Below, in pieces: positions 8,832 to 18,077 of a stretch of 64,000 nucleotides of DNA. The number at the start of each line of letters is the position of its first letter. Within the stretch, counting starts at the first letter, position 1. A program made the translations under genes and the position numbers. The stretch is from an uncultured Anaerolineales bacterium (GTDB lineage: Bacteria > Chloroflexota > Anaerolineae > Anaerolineales > UBA11858), in contig CAYORF010000002.1 of assembly GCA_964406305.1 (NCBI GenBank), positions 130 to 64,129 of the forward strand. The letters are read 5' to 3'. Under the pieces are notes generated by a model. That model ran no database searches. It was not told the origin of the DNA and saw only the letters and a program-made list of their open reading frames with translations.

Positions 8832-10237
8832 ATTCTCCGAAGACGCTATTCGACAAAATCTGGGAAACTCATCTTGTATCTGAAGAAGACGGATCCCCTG
8901 CCGTCCTGTTTATAGATCTGCACTTAGTCCATGAAGTGACCTCTCCGCAGGCTTTTAACGGTTTGAGGGAAAAAGGATTGGGGGTTCGGTCGCCCAATCG
9001 AACACTGGCAACCATGGACCATTCGACTCCTACTATAGATCTGAAAAAGTCATCAGTAGACCAGTCTGGTCAGCTCCAAATTGAACAAATGGAAGCTAAC
9101 TGCCGGGAGTTTAGCATACCACTATACGATCTTGATCATTCCCAAAGGGGTATCGTTCATGTAATAGGTCCAGAATTGGGATTAACTCAGCCCGGGATGA
9201 CAATTGTCTGTGGTGACAGTCATACATCAACACATGGAGCGTTCGGTGCCCTTGCTTTTGGTATTGGGACCAGTGAAGTCGAACACGTATTGGCAACCCA
9301 GAGTTTACTGCAGGAACAGCCAAAAACCATGTTGGTCGAATTTACCGGTGAACTCCCCAGTGGAGTGACCTCTAAAGACCTGATCTTAGCCCTGATCAAG
9401 GAAATCGGAATTGGAGGCGGAGTTGGATTTGTGATTGAATACGGGGGAAATGTTGTTTGCTCCCTTAATATGGACGAACGAATGACCCTCTGTAATATGA
9501 GCATCGAAGCTGGTGCCCGGGCTGGTTTAATTGCTCCAGACGAGATTACCTTCACATATTTAAAAGAGAGGGCATTTGCGCCGAAGGACCTGGACTGGGA
9601 GAGATCCTTGAGTCGATGGCAATCATTGAAATCTGATCCAGGTGCAGTTTTTGATAAAAAGATCCAGATCGATATTGGCAACTTATCTCCTATGATCACC
9701 TATGGCACCAATCCTGAGATGGGCGCGCCAATTGACTCTGTAATCCCTGATCCTTCCGAAGAATCAGACCCTGTTCGGCAGGCTGCCCTAGAAAAAGCCC
9801 TTGATTATATGGGTCTCTCGCCTGGAGAACCTTTGGTCGGACAGAAAGTCGATGTGGTTTTCCTGGGCAGCTGCACCAACGGACGGATGAGTGACTTGCG
9901 GGCAGCAGCTTCAATTCTAAAGAATCAAAAGATTGCACCTGGAATAAAAATGCTTGTAGTTCCCGGATCAGAAAGTGTCCGGCGCCAGGCAGAACAAGAA
10001 GGCCTCAACAAGGTATTCCTTGACGCCGGGGCGGAATGGCGCTATTCAGGCTGTAGTATGTGTCTGGCAATGAATGGCGATCAATTATCTCCAGGCCAAT
10101 ATGCAGTCAGCACCAGCAATCGAAATTTTGAAGGACGGCAGGGACCAGGTGGACGGACATTTTTGGCCAGTCCGCTTACAGCTGCTGCATCGGCTTTAGC
10201 CGGCAGGATCGCTGATCCCCGGGATCATATTAATTAA
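8828..10237 (+). CDS. leuC: 3-isopropylmalate dehydratase large subunit
   Basis: The MNSPKTLFDKIWETHLV start matches the LeuC N-terminus. Aconitase-family Cys motifs are present (GDSHT, GSCTNGR, CSMCLAMN). Confidence 0.92.
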   Translation: MNSPKTLFDKIWETHLVSEEDGSPAVLFIDLHLVHEVTSPQAFNGLREKGLGVRSPNRTLATMDHSTPTIDLKKSSVDQSGQLQIEQMEANCREFSIPLYDLDHSQRGIVHVIGPELGLTQPGMTIVCGDSHTSTHGAFGALAFGIGTSEVEHVLATQSLLQEQPKTMLVEFTGELPSGVTSKDLILALIKEIGIGGGVGFVIEYGGNVVCSLNMDERMTLCNMSIEAGARAGLIAPDEITFTYLKERAFAPKDLDWERSLSRWQSLKSDPGAVFDKKIQIDIGNLSPMITYGTNPEMGAPIDSVIPDPSEESDPVRQAALEKALDYMGLSPGEPLVGQKVDVVFLGSCTNGRMSDLRAAASILKNQKIAPGIKMLVVPGSESVRRQAEQEGLNKVFLDAGAEWRYSGCSMCLAMNGDQLSPGQYAVSTSNRNFEGRQGPGGRTFLASPLTAAASALAGRIADPRDHIN

Positions 10238-10259
10238 AATCGATCAAAATAAGGACATT

Positions 10260-10895
10260 ATGCAACATATTCAAATCATCAAGTCAAAAATGATCCCACT
10301 ATTGCAGAATGATATTGATACAGATCAGATCATTCCCGCCAGGTATCTCAAGGTCATCGATAAAAATGGTTTGGCAGACGGGTTATTCTCTGGATGGAGA
10401 TATCTTGCTACTGGTGAGCAAAACACCGAATTTCCTCTCAATCAGCCAATATATAAAGGTGCAGAGGTGCTTCTGGCTGGTGATAATTTTGGCTGTGGAT
10501 CATCCCGTGAACACGCTCCCTGGGCCCTGCTTCAATGGGGAATTCGCGCAATAATCAGCACCTCATTCGCAGATATATTTCGCAATAATGCTTACAAAAA
10601 TGGCCTACTGCCCATCGAAGTTAATCCTGCCACCCATCAGCGGATCTCAAATGCAATTTCCACTGACCCAAACCTCCTGATGATCATTGATCTGCCCGCT
10701 CAGAAAATCAAGTTATCAGATGGATATTCAGATGAATTTGAGATCGATCCATTCAGTAAAAATTGCCTGGTCAATGGTATTGACCAGTTAGGATATTTGC
10801 TTCAGTTCTCAGATCAGATTGACAATTTTGAAAAAGAAATGGAGTCGGCGGGAATTTTCCGAATAACTACCACGGAAGAAATATCAGCTGGATAA
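10260..10895 (+). CDS. leuD: 3-isopropylmalate dehydratase small subunit
   Basis: 211 aa. Contains NFGCGSSREHAPWAL, the aconitase swivel-domain signature. Confidence 0.92.
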   Translation: MQHIQIIKSKMIPLLQNDIDTDQIIPARYLKVIDKNGLADGLFSGWRYLATGEQNTEFPLNQPIYKGAEVLLAGDNFGCGSSREHAPWALLQWGIRAIISTSFADIFRNNAYKNGLLPIEVNPATHQRISNAISTDPNLLMIIDLPAQKIKLSDGYSDEFEIDPFSKNCLVNGIDQLGYLLQFSDQIDNFEKEMESAGIFRITTTEEISAG

Positions 10896-10994
10896 GGTAG
10901 ATTATCAGGTAAATAATCGGCGAGAAAATAACTCCTAAAAGGTTGAATGATTAATGGTTAGAACTTTACAGGTTTTCAATGGAGAACATAAAGC

Positions 10995-12554
10995 ATGAGT
11001 GAAATATCTATTTACGACACAACATTGAGGGATGGCACCCAGAGCGAAGGGATATCCTTATCTGTCAACGATAAACTGAAGATAACTCGACGCCTCGATG
11101 AATTTGGCGTTCATTACATTGAAGGAGGTTGGCCCGGATCCAATCCCAAGGATGCTGAATTTTTTAATCGGGCCAAAACTCTATCATTCAAAAATGCCAA
11201 ACTGGCGGCTTTTGGATCCACGCGAAGAAAAAACACCGAACCTGATCGGGACCCGAATTTGATTGCTCTGCTGGACGCAGGTACCCCGGTCGTCACTTTG
11301 GTTGGCAAAAGTTGGGAACTTCATGTCAGGGACATACTCGAGACCAGCCTGGAAGAGAATTTGTTGATGATCGAAGAGAGTACAGTTTACTTGAAATCCA
11401 AAGGAAAGGAAGTCATTTATGATGCCGAACACTTTTTCGATGGTTATAAGACAGATCCCGAATATGCTGTTCAAACTTTGATCGCCGCCGATAAAGGTGG
11501 TGCCAATGTCCTGGTGCTTTGTGATACTAACGGGGGCTGTTTACCTTGGGAGATCGAGGAGATCATCACAGCTGTGGGGAAAATCACTGGTAAACCGCTG
11601 GGTATCCATACTCATGATGACGGTGGAAATAGTGTGGCGAATTCCCTTGCGGGAGTCCGTGGCGGCGCTGTACATGTCCAGGGCACGATCAACGGCTATG
11701 GTGAGCGGGTAGGAAATGCCAATTTGTGTTCAGTGATACCCAATCTTCAGATCAAGATGGGGTATTCATGCATTGATCCTGAAAATCTTGCCAGGCTAAC
11801 TGATCTCTCTCATTTTGTGGATGAAGTAGCCAATCAACCCCATGACTCTCGCCTTCCCTATGTTGGTAAAAAAGCATTCAGCCATAAAGGCGGCATCCAC
11901 GTTGCAGCGATTCTCAAGAATGAAGATTCCTATCAGCACATCAATCCTGACCTGGTAGGAAATCAACGCCAGACTTTGATCTCCGATCTTTCCGGGCGCG
12001 GGAATGTGATGGATAAAGCCCAACAGTTTGGGTTGGACGTGGATCATCAACAAGCCAAGGATATTGTCACCCAGATCAAAGACCTGGAGTCACAGGGGTT
12101 TACATTTGAAAGCGCTGAAGCTTCTGTGAACCTGATGGTGCGCAGGATGAAACCCGGCTATAAACGGCCCTTTGAACTAATTGATTTTATGACTGTGGTT
12201 GAACATCGCGAGGGACGAGGTGTTGTTTCCGAGGCGACTGTAAAGGTCCGGGTCGGCGATCAGATTTTCCATACAGCCGCTGATGGCAATGGTCCTGTAA
12301 ATGCCCTGGATGCTGCTTTACGAAAGGCATTGATAGATGTCTATCCCCAGTTAAAGAATATTAGATTGGATGATTATAAAGTGCGTATTCTCGATAGCGA
12401 TCAGGGAACCGCAGCGCATGTTCGGGTTTTGATTGACACCCAGAATGGAACAAGTCGCTGGAGCACAGTTGGCGCCAGTACAAATATCATTGATGCCAGT
12501 TGGCGAGCCCTGGTAGATAGCATGGAATATGCCCTGCTTGATGATCCTGAATAA
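10995..12554 (+). CDS. cimA: (R)-citramalate synthase-type LeuA paralog (threonine-independent isoleucine route)
   Basis: 519 aa. Contains IYDTTLRDGTQSEGISLSVNDKL and HTHDDGGNSVANSLAG, resembling the CimA group rather than the LeuA at 6924. No ilvA lies in the cluster. Confidence 0.75.
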   Translation: MSEISIYDTTLRDGTQSEGISLSVNDKLKITRRLDEFGVHYIEGGWPGSNPKDAEFFNRAKTLSFKNAKLAAFGSTRRKNTEPDRDPNLIALLDAGTPVVTLVGKSWELHVRDILETSLEENLLMIEESTVYLKSKGKEVIYDAEHFFDGYKTDPEYAVQTLIAADKGGANVLVLCDTNGGCLPWEIEEIITAVGKITGKPLGIHTHDDGGNSVANSLAGVRGGAVHVQGTINGYGERVGNANLCSVIPNLQIKMGYSCIDPENLARLTDLSHFVDEVANQPHDSRLPYVGKKAFSHKGGIHVAAILKNEDSYQHINPDLVGNQRQTLISDLSGRGNVMDKAQQFGLDVDHQQAKDIVTQIKDLESQGFTFESAEASVNLMVRRMKPGYKRPFELIDFMTVVEHREGRGVVSEATVKVRVGDQIFHTAADGNGPVNALDAALRKALIDVYPQLKNIRLDDYKVRILDSDQGTAAHVRVLIDTQNGTSRWSTVGASTNIIDASWRALVDSMEYALLDDPE

Positions 12555-12588
12555 AATGGAACAAATAATTTAGTTAAAGGAAGCATAA

Positions 12589-13677
12589 ATGATAACAAAT
12601 ATTGTGTGCCTTCCAGGAGATGGCATTGGCACCGAAGTAACTGCAGCCGCCCAAAAGATTCTGGAAGTAATTGGAGCGAAATACGGGTATTCATTCCAGC
12701 TGGAAGAACATTTGATAGGTGGAGCTGCTATTGATGATAGCGGCATTGCTTTACCAGAAAAAACCCTGGAAGCTTGTTTAAAATCAGATGCCGTTTTGCT
12801 AGGAGCGGTTGGTGGTCCAAAATGGGATGATCCTCTGGCAAAAGTACGTCCAGAACAAGGCCTGCTCGGGCTGCGAAAAGGATTGGGCTTATTTGCCAAT
12901 TTACGTCCTGTCCAGCCCCACCCCGATTTGTTAGATGCTTCTCCATTAAAAACTGAATACTTAGAAAATGTAGATTTATTGGTAGTGCGTGAGCTAACGG
13001 GCGGGATCTATTTTGGACGTCCCCAGGGACGAAATCAAACCGAGAACGGGGAACAGGCTGTTGATACCATGAGCTACACTACTGGTGAAGTTCAGCGGGT
13101 GGCTGAATTGGCCTTCCAGCTGGCTGGAAATCGCAAAAACAAAGTTACCTCCGTTGATAAAGCTAATGTTCTGGAAACCTCACGATTATGGCGGCAGGTG
13201 GTTGGCCAGGTGGCTGAATCATACCCTGAAGTGGTGTTGGAAAATATGCTGGTTGATTCAGCGGCCATGCATCTGATCTCCCGCCCATCATCTTTTGATG
13301 TGTTATTGACAACCAATATGTTTGGAGACATCCTGACCGATGAATCTTCAATCTTGGTTGGATCCATGGGAAATCTGCCCTCCGCCTCACTCGGAGAAGG
13401 TACTAACCAGCATGGAAAACAACGCGGGATGTATGAACCTATTCATGGTTCAGCTCCTGATATTGCTGGAAAAGGCATAGCCAACCCAATTGGTGCGATC
13501 CTCTCTGCTGCGCTGCTGCTCCGCTATTCACTTGGGCTTGAAGAAGCAGCCCAGGCAGTGGAAAACGCCGTTGATTCCACATTAAAAGCAGGTAATCGCA
13601 CGATTGACCTGGTTCCTGGAAATGAAAAATCCCTCAATACAGCGGAGATATTGGAAGTAATTATTAGTTATCTTTAA
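12589..13677 (+). CDS. leuB: 3-isopropylmalate dehydrogenase
   Basis: 362 aa. Contains [10 protein letters not shown] and [10 protein letters not shown] motifs. Confidence 0.93.
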   Translation: MITNIVCLPGDGIGTEVTAAAQKILEVIGAKYGYSFQLEEHLIGGAAIDDSGIALPEKTLEACLKSDAVLLGAVGGPKWDDPLAKVRPEQGLLGLRKGLGLFANLRPVQPHPDLLDASPLKTEYLENVDLLVVRELTGGIYFGRPQGRNQTENGEQAVDTMSYTTGEVQRVAELAFQLAGNRKNKVTSVDKANVLETSRLWRQVVGQVAESYPEVVLENMLVDSAAMHLISRPSSFDVLLTTNMFGDILTDESSILVGSMGNLPSASLGEGTNQHGKQRGMYEPIHGSAPDIAGKGIANPIGAILSAALLLRYSLGLEEAAQAVENAVDSTLKAGNRTIDLVPGNEKSLNTAEILEVIISYL

Positions 13678-13791
13678 CTAATAGATAAATTTACTGATTA
13701 TCTGATGGAGATCGTAATAGAGAAATTGATCCTTGTATTTCAATCAAAAGGGCGACCTTATGAAATCAATATTATTTTGGAGGACCATTAA

Positions 13792-14733
13792 ATGAGTTTC
13801 AGATCTGAATATGTCTGGCTAAACGGAAAACTTCTCCCTTACGATGATGCTTTGATCCATGTGAATACGAGTTCATTGCATTATGGGTACGGTGTTTTTG
13901 AGGGGATTCGTGCCTATCAAACAGACCAAGGACCTGCTGTATTTCGACTCAGAGATCATTTTGAACGATTCTTGAATTCAGCTCTTATTCTGGGTTTGCA
14001 GGACTCCCCGTACAGCGTCGAAGAATTAACCGAGGCAACCCACCAAGTTATCCGTGAGAATAAGTATCAAGCATGTTATATTCGGCCGTTATTATTCTTT
14101 GCAGAATCTCTTGATTTGAACTTAGATCATGCCACACCGCAGGTAAGCATTACAGCCTGGGAGTGGGGATCTTACCTTGGAGAAGGGAGTTTGGAAAAAG
14201 GTGTCCATATGGGTGTTTCCTCTTTAACAAGACATCACATGAATGTGAATTTCACCAAGGCAAAAATCACCGGGAATTATGCCAATTCGGTCATCGCCAA
14301 AACAGATGCTGTCAGAAATGGTTTTGATGAAGCGATTATGCTGGACCCGGAAGGACATGTTGCCGAATGCACAGGAGAGAATCTTTTCCTGGTTAAGAAA
14401 GGGGTCATATATACCCCCCCGAAGGCCGCGATCCTGGAAGGAATTACACGGGATTCGTTGATGATCTTGGCTGGGGACCTAGGTTACAAAGTGGTAGAGG
14501 AAACAATCTCCCGTGACCAACTATACATTGCGGACGAGGTATTTGCCTGTGGTACGGCTGCTGAACTTACACCTGTTACTAAAATTGATCATCGCATAAT
14601 TGGGCATGGAAAAATGGGCCCAGTGACAAACAAACTCCAAAAATTATTTTTTGAGACAGTTGGAGGAAAGGGAGAACGATCCGCAGAATGGCTGGATTAT
14701 GTGAAGTTAGCAACTCCTGAAGGAACCAAATGA
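13792..14733 (+). CDS. ilvE: Branched-chain amino-acid aminotransferase (fold type IV)
   Basis: 313 aa. Contains LHYGYGVFEGIRAY and GITRDS motifs. Confidence 0.92.
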   Translation: MSFRSEYVWLNGKLLPYDDALIHVNTSSLHYGYGVFEGIRAYQTDQGPAVFRLRDHFERFLNSALILGLQDSPYSVEELTEATHQVIRENKYQACYIRPLLFFAESLDLNLDHATPQVSITAWEWGSYLGEGSLEKGVHMGVSSLTRHHMNVNFTKAKITGNYANSVIAKTDAVRNGFDEAIMLDPEGHVAECTGENLFLVKKGVIYTPPKAAILEGITRDSLMILAGDLGYKVVEETISRDQLYIADEVFACGTAAELTPVTKIDHRIIGHGKMGPVTNKLQKLFFETVGGKGERSAEWLDYVKLATPEGTK

Positions 14734-15572
14734 CCAACTCCAGAGTGGCGTTCCAGGGAGAACCAGGGGCTTATAGTGAACTGGCTGCCATGGAATATTT
14801 TGGTGAGATGGCAAACAGCTTACCATTTGAGTCCTTTAGAGACGTCTTTGCTGCTGTCGAGACCGGAAAAGCCGAATATGGGATCCTGCCTATTGAGAAT
14901 TCACTCGCTGGCAGCATCCATCAGAATTATGATTTACTGCTGGAGAATGATCTTCTAATTATAGGAGAGTACCTTCTAAGGGTCTCACATTGCTTGTTGT
15001 CATTACCCGGAACGAAGTTGGAAGATATTGAACGGGTTCGATCCCATCCTCAGGCCTTGGCTCAATGTGCAAGCAATCTGAACCAGATGGCCGTTGATCC
15101 TGTGATCGCCAACGACACAGCCGGCAGTGCCCGCCTGTTAGCTGAAAACAAAGAAACCGGGACTGCTGTTCTGGCATCCCGACGAGCCGCTGAAGTATAT
15201 GGCCTGGAGATTTTGCGGGAAGATATGGAAGATAACAAGGAGAATTACACCCGGTTTGTGATTTTGGCTGGAATTGATTCAATTTTAAAAAGCGTTTTGC
15301 CCGGAGATGAATCCAAGACCTCGATTGTATTTAATTTAGACCATGAACCCGGGACGTTATACAAAGCGTTAAGTGTGTTTGCACTGGCTGAAATTGATCT
15401 CACAAAAATAGAATCCAGACCCATCGCAGGAAAACCCTGGCAGTATATGTTCTATATTGATTTTGCTGAGAAAGAAAATTCCCGGGTGGGAAAACAGGCA
15501 CTGGACAAGTTAAGTAAATTTACGCCTTTCTTGAAAGTATTGGGGTCATATCCCAGGCACCGGATTAAATGA
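14730..15572 (+). CDS. pheA: Prephenate dehydratase with C-terminal ACT domain
   Basis: 280 aa. Contains VAFQGEPGAYSE, TRF and ESRP motifs. The start overlaps the ilvE stop (ATGA). Confidence 0.9.
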   Translation: MTNSRVAFQGEPGAYSELAAMEYFGEMANSLPFESFRDVFAAVETGKAEYGILPIENSLAGSIHQNYDLLLENDLLIIGEYLLRVSHCLLSLPGTKLEDIERVRSHPQALAQCASNLNQMAVDPVIANDTAGSARLLAENKETGTAVLASRRAAEVYGLEILREDMEDNKENYTRFVILAGIDSILKSVLPGDESKTSIVFNLDHEPGTLYKALSVFALAEIDLTKIESRPIAGKPWQYMFYIDFAEKENSRVGKQALDKLSKFTPFLKVLGSYPRHRIK

Positions 15573-15598
15573 AGGTAGTTGACAAACGGATCCTGACC

Positions 15599-15627
15599 TT
15601 GACTTATATTAGGAAGGTCATTATAAT
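15599..15627 (+). promoter_or_regulatory. Sigma-70-like promoter of the aromatic operon
   Basis: TTGACT (15599-15604), a 17-nt spacer, then TATAAT (15622-15627). A second TTGACA lies at 15579-15584. Confidence 0.55.
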
Positions 15628-15639
15628 CCGTAAAATCTT

Positions 15640-15726
15640 ATGAACAGTAACCTGTGTCTTCGCTCCAAATATTATGCCTTCTATTTTACCGGCTATACAT
15701 ATCCGATAGCCGTTGGTAGGCATTAA
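15640..15726 (+). CDS. Aromatic-operon leader peptide (28 codons, Tyr/Phe rich)
   Basis: Encodes MNSNLCLRSKYYAFYFTGYTYPIAVGRH, with 5 Tyr and 2 Phe within codons 11-21. It starts about 12 nt after the -10 hexamer, so it is nearly leaderless. Confidence 0.7.
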   Translation: MNSNLCLRSKYYAFYFTGYTYPIAVGRH

Positions 15727-15756
15727 GCGTATTTGAGATCGAGACTCATTGTGTGC

Positions 15757-15793
15757 AGCGCGAAACCAACGGTTTCGCGTTTTTTGTTTTTTA
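15757..15793 (+). terminator. Intrinsic terminator (attenuator) upstream of aroH
   Basis: Perfect 9-bp stem CGCGAAACC / loop AAC / stem GGTTTCGCG, followed by TTTTTTGTTTTTT. CCGTTGG (15710-15716, at the 3' end of the leader ORF) is complementary to CCAACGG (15766-15772), which spans the terminator loop and 3' arm. Confidence 0.8.
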
Positions 15794-15810
15794 AGAGGAG
15801 AAATTAATTT

Positions 15811-16185
15811 ATGGCAATTAGAGGAATTAGGGCAGCAGTAGTAGTCGAAAAAGATCAGGCCAATGAAATAGTATCATCCACCAGGGAATTGCTTGAGGAG
15901 ATCCAGAAAGCTAATCCAACCCTGCAGGCGGAAAATATAGGCAGCGTGATCTTCACAACCACACCGGACCTCATATCAGCTTATCCAGCCAGAGCAGCCC
16001 GGGAGATCGGATGGGAGAATGTGCCCTTGCTCTGCTGTCAGGAAATACCTGTGCCAGAGAGTTTGCCCCTTTGTATCCGGATCTTGATCCACTGGAATAC
16101 TGAATTAGATCAGCAGGAGATTAATCATATCTATCTTGGACAGGCTGGAAAACTTCGGCCTGATCTGGCAGATAGAACCTTATAA
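15811..16185 (+). CDS. aroH: Chorismate mutase, AroH (monofunctional trimeric) type
   Basis: 124 aa. The start MAIRGIRAAVVVEKD and the LRPDL tail resemble Bacillus AroH. Confidence 0.85.
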   Translation: MAIRGIRAAVVVEKDQANEIVSSTRELLEEIQKANPTLQAENIGSVIFTTTPDLISAYPARAAREIGWENVPLLCCQEIPVPESLPLCIRILIHWNTELDQQEINHIYLGQAGKLRPDLADRTL

Positions 16186-16197
16186 GGAAAATTCATC

Positions 16198-17232
16198 ATG
16201 ATGGTAATAATGAATGCCAATGCAACAAAAACAGAAATTGATAATGTTGTTCAAAAAGTCGAAGAATATGAACTGAATCCCCATGTCATCATCGGCTCAG
16301 AACGGGTCGTCATTGCCGCCAGTGGAGATCCGAGAGAAGTTGATTACAGAATATTTAATGTTCTGCCGGGAGTGGAGCAAGTGATTACCATTTCCCCTCC
16401 CTATAAACTCGCCTCACGGGAGTTCCATCCAAACGATTCCGAAATCTCGATCCCGGGACTGGTAAAAGATCCCGGGGATATTTTGATCATTGCCGGCCCT
16501 TGTTCAGTGGAGAGCAGGACCCAACTCCTCGAAACAGCCCAGGCGGTTAAGGAAGCTGGCGCCCATATGCTCCGGGGTGGCGCATTTAAACCGCGAACTT
16601 CCCCCTACTCTTTCCAGGGATTGGGAGATGAAGGATTAAAGATATTGGCGGAAGCCCGCGAAATTACTGGGCTGCCCATCATCACAGAAGCCATGGCAAT
16701 CAAAGATATTGAAGTTATCTCTGAATATGGAGCTGTTATCCAGATCGGAGCAAGGAATATGCAGAATTATTCCTTATTGCGCTCAGCTGGAAAATGTCAG
16801 ATGCCTGTCCTGTTGAAGCGGGGTATGATGGCCACTATTGATGAATTATTATTATCTGCGGAATATATCCTGGCTCATGGCAATCCGGAAGTAATGATCT
16901 GTGAGCGCGGCATTCGAACCTTTGAACAAAGCACTCGCTACACTGCGGATATAAATGCGCTGCCTGTATTAAAATCAAAAACCCACTTACCGGTTTTATT
17001 TGATCCCAGTCACAGCACGGGGCATTGGGAATATGTCCTGCCTGTTGCTCTGGCCGGTATTGCTGCCGGCGCTGACGGCCTGATTGTCGAAGTGCATCCC
17101 CATCCAGAAAAAGCCCTCTCAGATGGGCAGCAATCGCTAAAACCAGAAAGATTCTATGACCTAGTATCCCAGGTAAATAAAATGGCCCAGATGATGAGAG
17201 AAGAACCCGTATTTGCTGGATCAGGGGTCTGA
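16198..17232 (+). CDS. aroG: DAHP synthase, type I-beta, with an N-terminal ferredoxin-like/ACT regulatory domain
   Basis: 344 aa. The C-terminal KDO8P/DAHP synthase core contains IAGPCSVES and DPSH. The roughly 70-aa N-terminal extension is MMVIMNANATKTEIDNVV... Confidence 0.88.
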   Translation: MMVIMNANATKTEIDNVVQKVEEYELNPHVIIGSERVVIAASGDPREVDYRIFNVLPGVEQVITISPPYKLASREFHPNDSEISIPGLVKDPGDILIIAGPCSVESRTQLLETAQAVKEAGAHMLRGGAFKPRTSPYSFQGLGDEGLKILAEAREITGLPIITEAMAIKDIEVISEYGAVIQIGARNMQNYSLLRSAGKCQMPVLLKRGMMATIDELLLSAEYILAHGNPEVMICERGIRTFEQSTRYTADINALPVLKSKTHLPVLFDPSHSTGHWEYVLPVALAGIAAGADGLIVEVHPHPEKALSDGQQSLKPERFYDLVSQVNKMAQMMREEPVFAGSGV

Positions 17233-17234
17233 TC

Positions 17235-18077
17235 GTGAAATCTCTCAGAGTATCAATTTTAGGAATGGGTTTGATGGGAGGATCCCTGGCCTGGGCATTA
17301 AAGGGCCAGGTCAACTCGCTGATGGCGGCAGATCCTGACAGTCATACCAGGGACCAGGTACGGTCGGCAGGACTTGTGGAATCCATTGTTGAAAATCCGG
17401 AAGAAATACTGCCCCTATCAGATGTTGTGATCCTGGCTGCTCCGGTAGGATCGATTCTGGAGCTAATACCCAAAATCCCTGATTGGCATCCCGGGCAGGC
17501 AATAGTTCTCGACCTTGGTTCTACGAAGGAACAAATATGCAAACAATTGGAAAAACTCCCTTCTCGGTTTGATGTTCTTGGCGGCCACCCCATCTGTGGG
17601 CAGGTCCAGGGAGGTTTCGAACATGCAAATCCAGACTTATTCAGGGATGCAATATTTGCATTTTCAGATCTATCAAACACGTCCGCCAGATGCAGAAGGT
17701 TTGGAGAAGATCTGGCAGCATCTATTGGCGCAATACCCTCCTGGATCGATCCCATTCAGCATGATTATATTTTGAGTGCAACCAGCCACCTGCCGTATAT
17801 ACTCGCGGCAGCACTATGCCTAAACACACCGGAAGGTTCAATCTTATACAGAGGTCCTGGTTTTGAAAGTAGCAGCAGATTAGCCAGTACAAATAGAAGG
17901 ATGATGTTTGATGTATTAAATTCAAATCGTCACAATATTCTGCAACAAATGGAACAATTTCAGCATATTTTGGAAGAATTCAAGGATCATCTTCAGCAGG
18001 AGAATAACCCGAAATTATTGGCCTTGATGGATCGGGCCGCCGCAATTCAGAAAGAAACCACTCGGGAGGTATTGTGA
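17235..18077 (+). CDS. tyrA: Prephenate (or arogenate) dehydrogenase
   Basis: 280 aa, GTG start. Contains the NAD-binding ILGMGLMGGSLA and the GGHPICG motif. Confidence 0.85.
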   Translation: MKSLRVSILGMGLMGGSLAWALKGQVNSLMAADPDSHTRDQVRSAGLVESIVENPEEILPLSDVVILAAPVGSILELIPKIPDWHPGQAIVLDLGSTKEQICKQLEKLPSRFDVLGGHPICGQVQGGFEHANPDLFRDAIFAFSDLSNTSARCRRFGEDLAASIGAIPSWIDPIQHDYILSATSHLPYILAAALCLNTPEGSILYRGPGFESSSRLASTNRRMMFDVLNSNRHNILQQMEQFQHILEEFKDHLQQENNPKLLALMDRAAAIQKETTREVL

